Source of the DNA: Acutalibacteraceae bacterium
GTDB lineage: Bacteria > Bacillota > Clostridia > Oscillospirales > Acutalibacteraceae
DNA: 64,000 nt
Assembly (NCBI GenBank): GCA_045589015.1
Contig: JAZNFG010000053.1
Span: forward strand, 5,118-69,117
Reading direction: 5' to 3'
Shown: positions 62,813 through 64,000 of the stretch, one piece after another
Layout of the letters: each line of letters starts with the position of its first letter
Position numbering within the stretch: the stretch's first letter is position 1
Program-made: the position numbers and the translations under genes
The notes under the pieces: model-generated
The model's input: the letters and a program-made list of their open reading frames with translations, nothing else
What the model was told of the DNA's origin: nothing
Database searches by the model: none

Positions 62813-64000
62813 AGTGGATTCTGTCTTATTTAAGACCGACAACCCGAAGACTGGCAGTAGGAATTGCGGTAAAAACAGTCGGCACCGTTGCTGAACTGAT
62901 TATTCCTTTTCTTTTAAGCTATATTCTTGAAAACGTAATTGAAACGAATAACGTCGGCAGAATAGTTTATTTCGGCTTTCTTATGGGACTTTGCGCTGTA
63001 ATTGCCTGCCTCGGAAACATTATTGCAAACAGAATGGCTGCAAAAACAACAATGCTGTTTGCAACCGAAATGCGAAAAAACCTTTTCTCAAAAACGCTGT
63101 ATCTTTCGGCAAGAAGCACCGACAGATTCACAATCCCCTCTCTTGAGTCAAGAATCACAACAGACACCTATAACGTGCAGAATTTTATAGGCATGATGCA
63201 GAGAATGGGAATCCGCGCGCCTATTCTCCTTCTCGGCGGAAGCATCATTACTCTTGTGATGGACAAGAAGTTAGCTCTGGTTATGATTTCTACTCTGCCG
63301 TTTATATTCGCTGTGGTATACGGCATTTCCCGATTGGGTGTACCGCTTTACACCAAGGTTCAGCAAGCAGTAGACGGTATGGTAAGAGTTGTCCGCGAGG
63401 ACGCTCAGGGCATAAGGGTAATCAAAGCATTATCTAAGGTAGATTACGAAAATAACCGTTATGATAAAGCAAACAGAGCTCTGAAGCAAAAGGAAACCGT
63501 AGCAGGAACGATTATGGGAATTGTAAATCCCGTTATGACTCTTTTAATGAACATCGGAATAGTAGCGGTAATTGCAGTCAGCGCGTATTTCGTTTCCTCG
63601 GGTCAGTCTTCCGCGACAACGGTTATTGCGTTTATGCAGTATTTTACGCTGATATCTATGGCTATGATGTCTCTTTCAAGAATGTTCGTGATGTATACGA
63701 AATGCGCCGCCTCCGCAAGAAGAATTGCTACCGTGCTGAATGAAGAAAACGAGCTGAAAACAACGGAGAATGACGCTGAGGAAAGCGGTGATATACATAT
63801 CTCCTTTGAAAACGTTTATTTTTCATATCTCGGAAAGGCAAATAATTTAACAGACGTTTCTTTTTCATTGAAAAAAGGAGAAACACTCGGAATAATCGGC
63901 GCAACAGGCAGCGGCAAATCTACAATTCTCAGACTTCTTATGCGGTTTTATGATGCAAACGAGGGCACTGTAAAAATCAACGGCAAGGATGTTCGCTCAT
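62809..64000 (+). CDS. ABC exporter, fused permease/ATPase (type I exporter), 3'-truncated by the window edge
   Basis: The ATG at 62809 overlaps the marR stop as ATGA. The frame stays open to base 64000. There are six TM-like segments, then the NBD start with Walker A GATGSGKST. This ORF is not in the supplied track because it is open-ended. Confidence 0.8.
   Translation, partial: MKWILSYLRPTTRRLAVGIAVKTVGTVAELIIPFLLSYILENVIETNNVGRIVYFGFLMGLCAVIACLGNIIANRMAAKTTMLFATEMRKNLFSKTLYLSARSTDRFTIPSLESRITTDTYNVQNFIGMMQRMGIRAPILLLGGSIITLVMDKKLALVMISTLPFIFAVVYGISRLGVPLYTKVQQAVDGMVRVVREDAQGIRVIKALSKVDYENNRYDKANRALKQKETVAGTIMGIVNPVMTLLMNIGIVAVIAVSAYFVSSGQSSATTVIAFMQYFTLISMAMMSLSRMFVMYTKCAASARRIATVLNEENELKTTENDAEESGDIHISFENVYFSYLGKANNLTDVSFSLKKGETLGIIGATGSGKSTILRLLMRFYDANEGTVKINGKDVRS

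Noticed and set aside
1-64000. CRISPR arrays, tRNA/rRNA genes, transposases, integrases, prophage or canonical defence systems (RM, TA, Abi, CBASS-like)
   Set aside because: I scanned the intergenic regions and ORF translations. There are no regularly spaced direct repeats, no cloverleaf-like or rRNA-like segments, and no DDE/tyrosine/serine recombinase motifs. There are also no methyltransferase/endonuclease pairs or nucleotide-cyclase/effector pairs. All gaps longer than 150 nt are explained by promoters, terminators, the riboswitch or the leader described above.

Overview
This 64-kb window looks like a chromosomal segment from an AT-rich, anaerobic Firmicutes/Clostridia-type bacterium. That assignment is an inference from three things: GGAGG-type ribosome-binding sites in front of almost every gene, a complete rnfCDGEAB operon, and gene content typical of gut glycan foragers. 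I support about 57 protein-coding genes. I found no rRNA, tRNA, CRISPR array, transposase, integrase or phage genes.

Gene blocks, in order:
- 1-9270: two GH33/BNR sialidase-like genes and an acyl-CoA ligase, then an operon of a GtrA-family membrane protein plus three tandem neutral-ceramidase-like metallohydrolase paralogues.
- 9282-13750, minus strand: a GNAT gene behind a leader with a short ORF and an intrinsic terminator, then a TIM-barrel isomerase, a rhomboid protease, two APH-type kinases and an AAC(6')-I-like acetyltransferase. The last three are translationally coupled.
- 13831-25026: two paralogous bacterial GH3 (JAR1-like adenylating) genes. One is paired with an MFS transporter. 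The other heads a tight four-gene operon with a stand-alone condensation-domain-like acyltransferase, a TraX membrane protein and a LOR/SDH (TIGR00300-like) enzyme. A PAT-type GNAT and a secreted sialate-O-acetylesterase-like protein lie between the two modules.
- 25189-38761: a glycan-utilisation block with a GH29-like protein, GH16, GH38 alpha-mannosidase, a GPH symporter, an Eis-like GNAT, a secreted hydrolase-like protein, a secreted lipase-like protein and a GH99/WbsX-like protein.
- 38824-39408: an XRE-HTH::desulfoferrodoxin fusion.
- 39507-42833: a P-loop kinase, GPH transporter and M20 peptidase operon.
- MurNAc recycling genes (murQ, a BadF-type kinase, a DUF1343/NamZ-like gene) and a GH31 gene with DeoR and XRE regulators.
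- A cobalamin riboswitch controlling a DUF4430 lipoprotein and a small membrane protein.
- 51262-59966: rnfCDGEAB, with a double-length RnfG and a Cys-rich RnfE tail, followed by NusG-II, a Gx transporter, a tandem-repeat lipoprotein and ApbE.
- An esterase, a lone ADP-ribosylglycohydrolase, and MarR plus a truncated ABC exporter.

The most novel-looking candidates are the GH3/condensation/TraX/LOR-SDH operon, the GtrA plus triple ceramidase-like operon, the HTH-desulfoferrodoxin fusion, and the ApbE-linked lipoprotein with a variant AGCT flavinylation-like motif. All functional calls rest on motifs read by eye. No database search was run.
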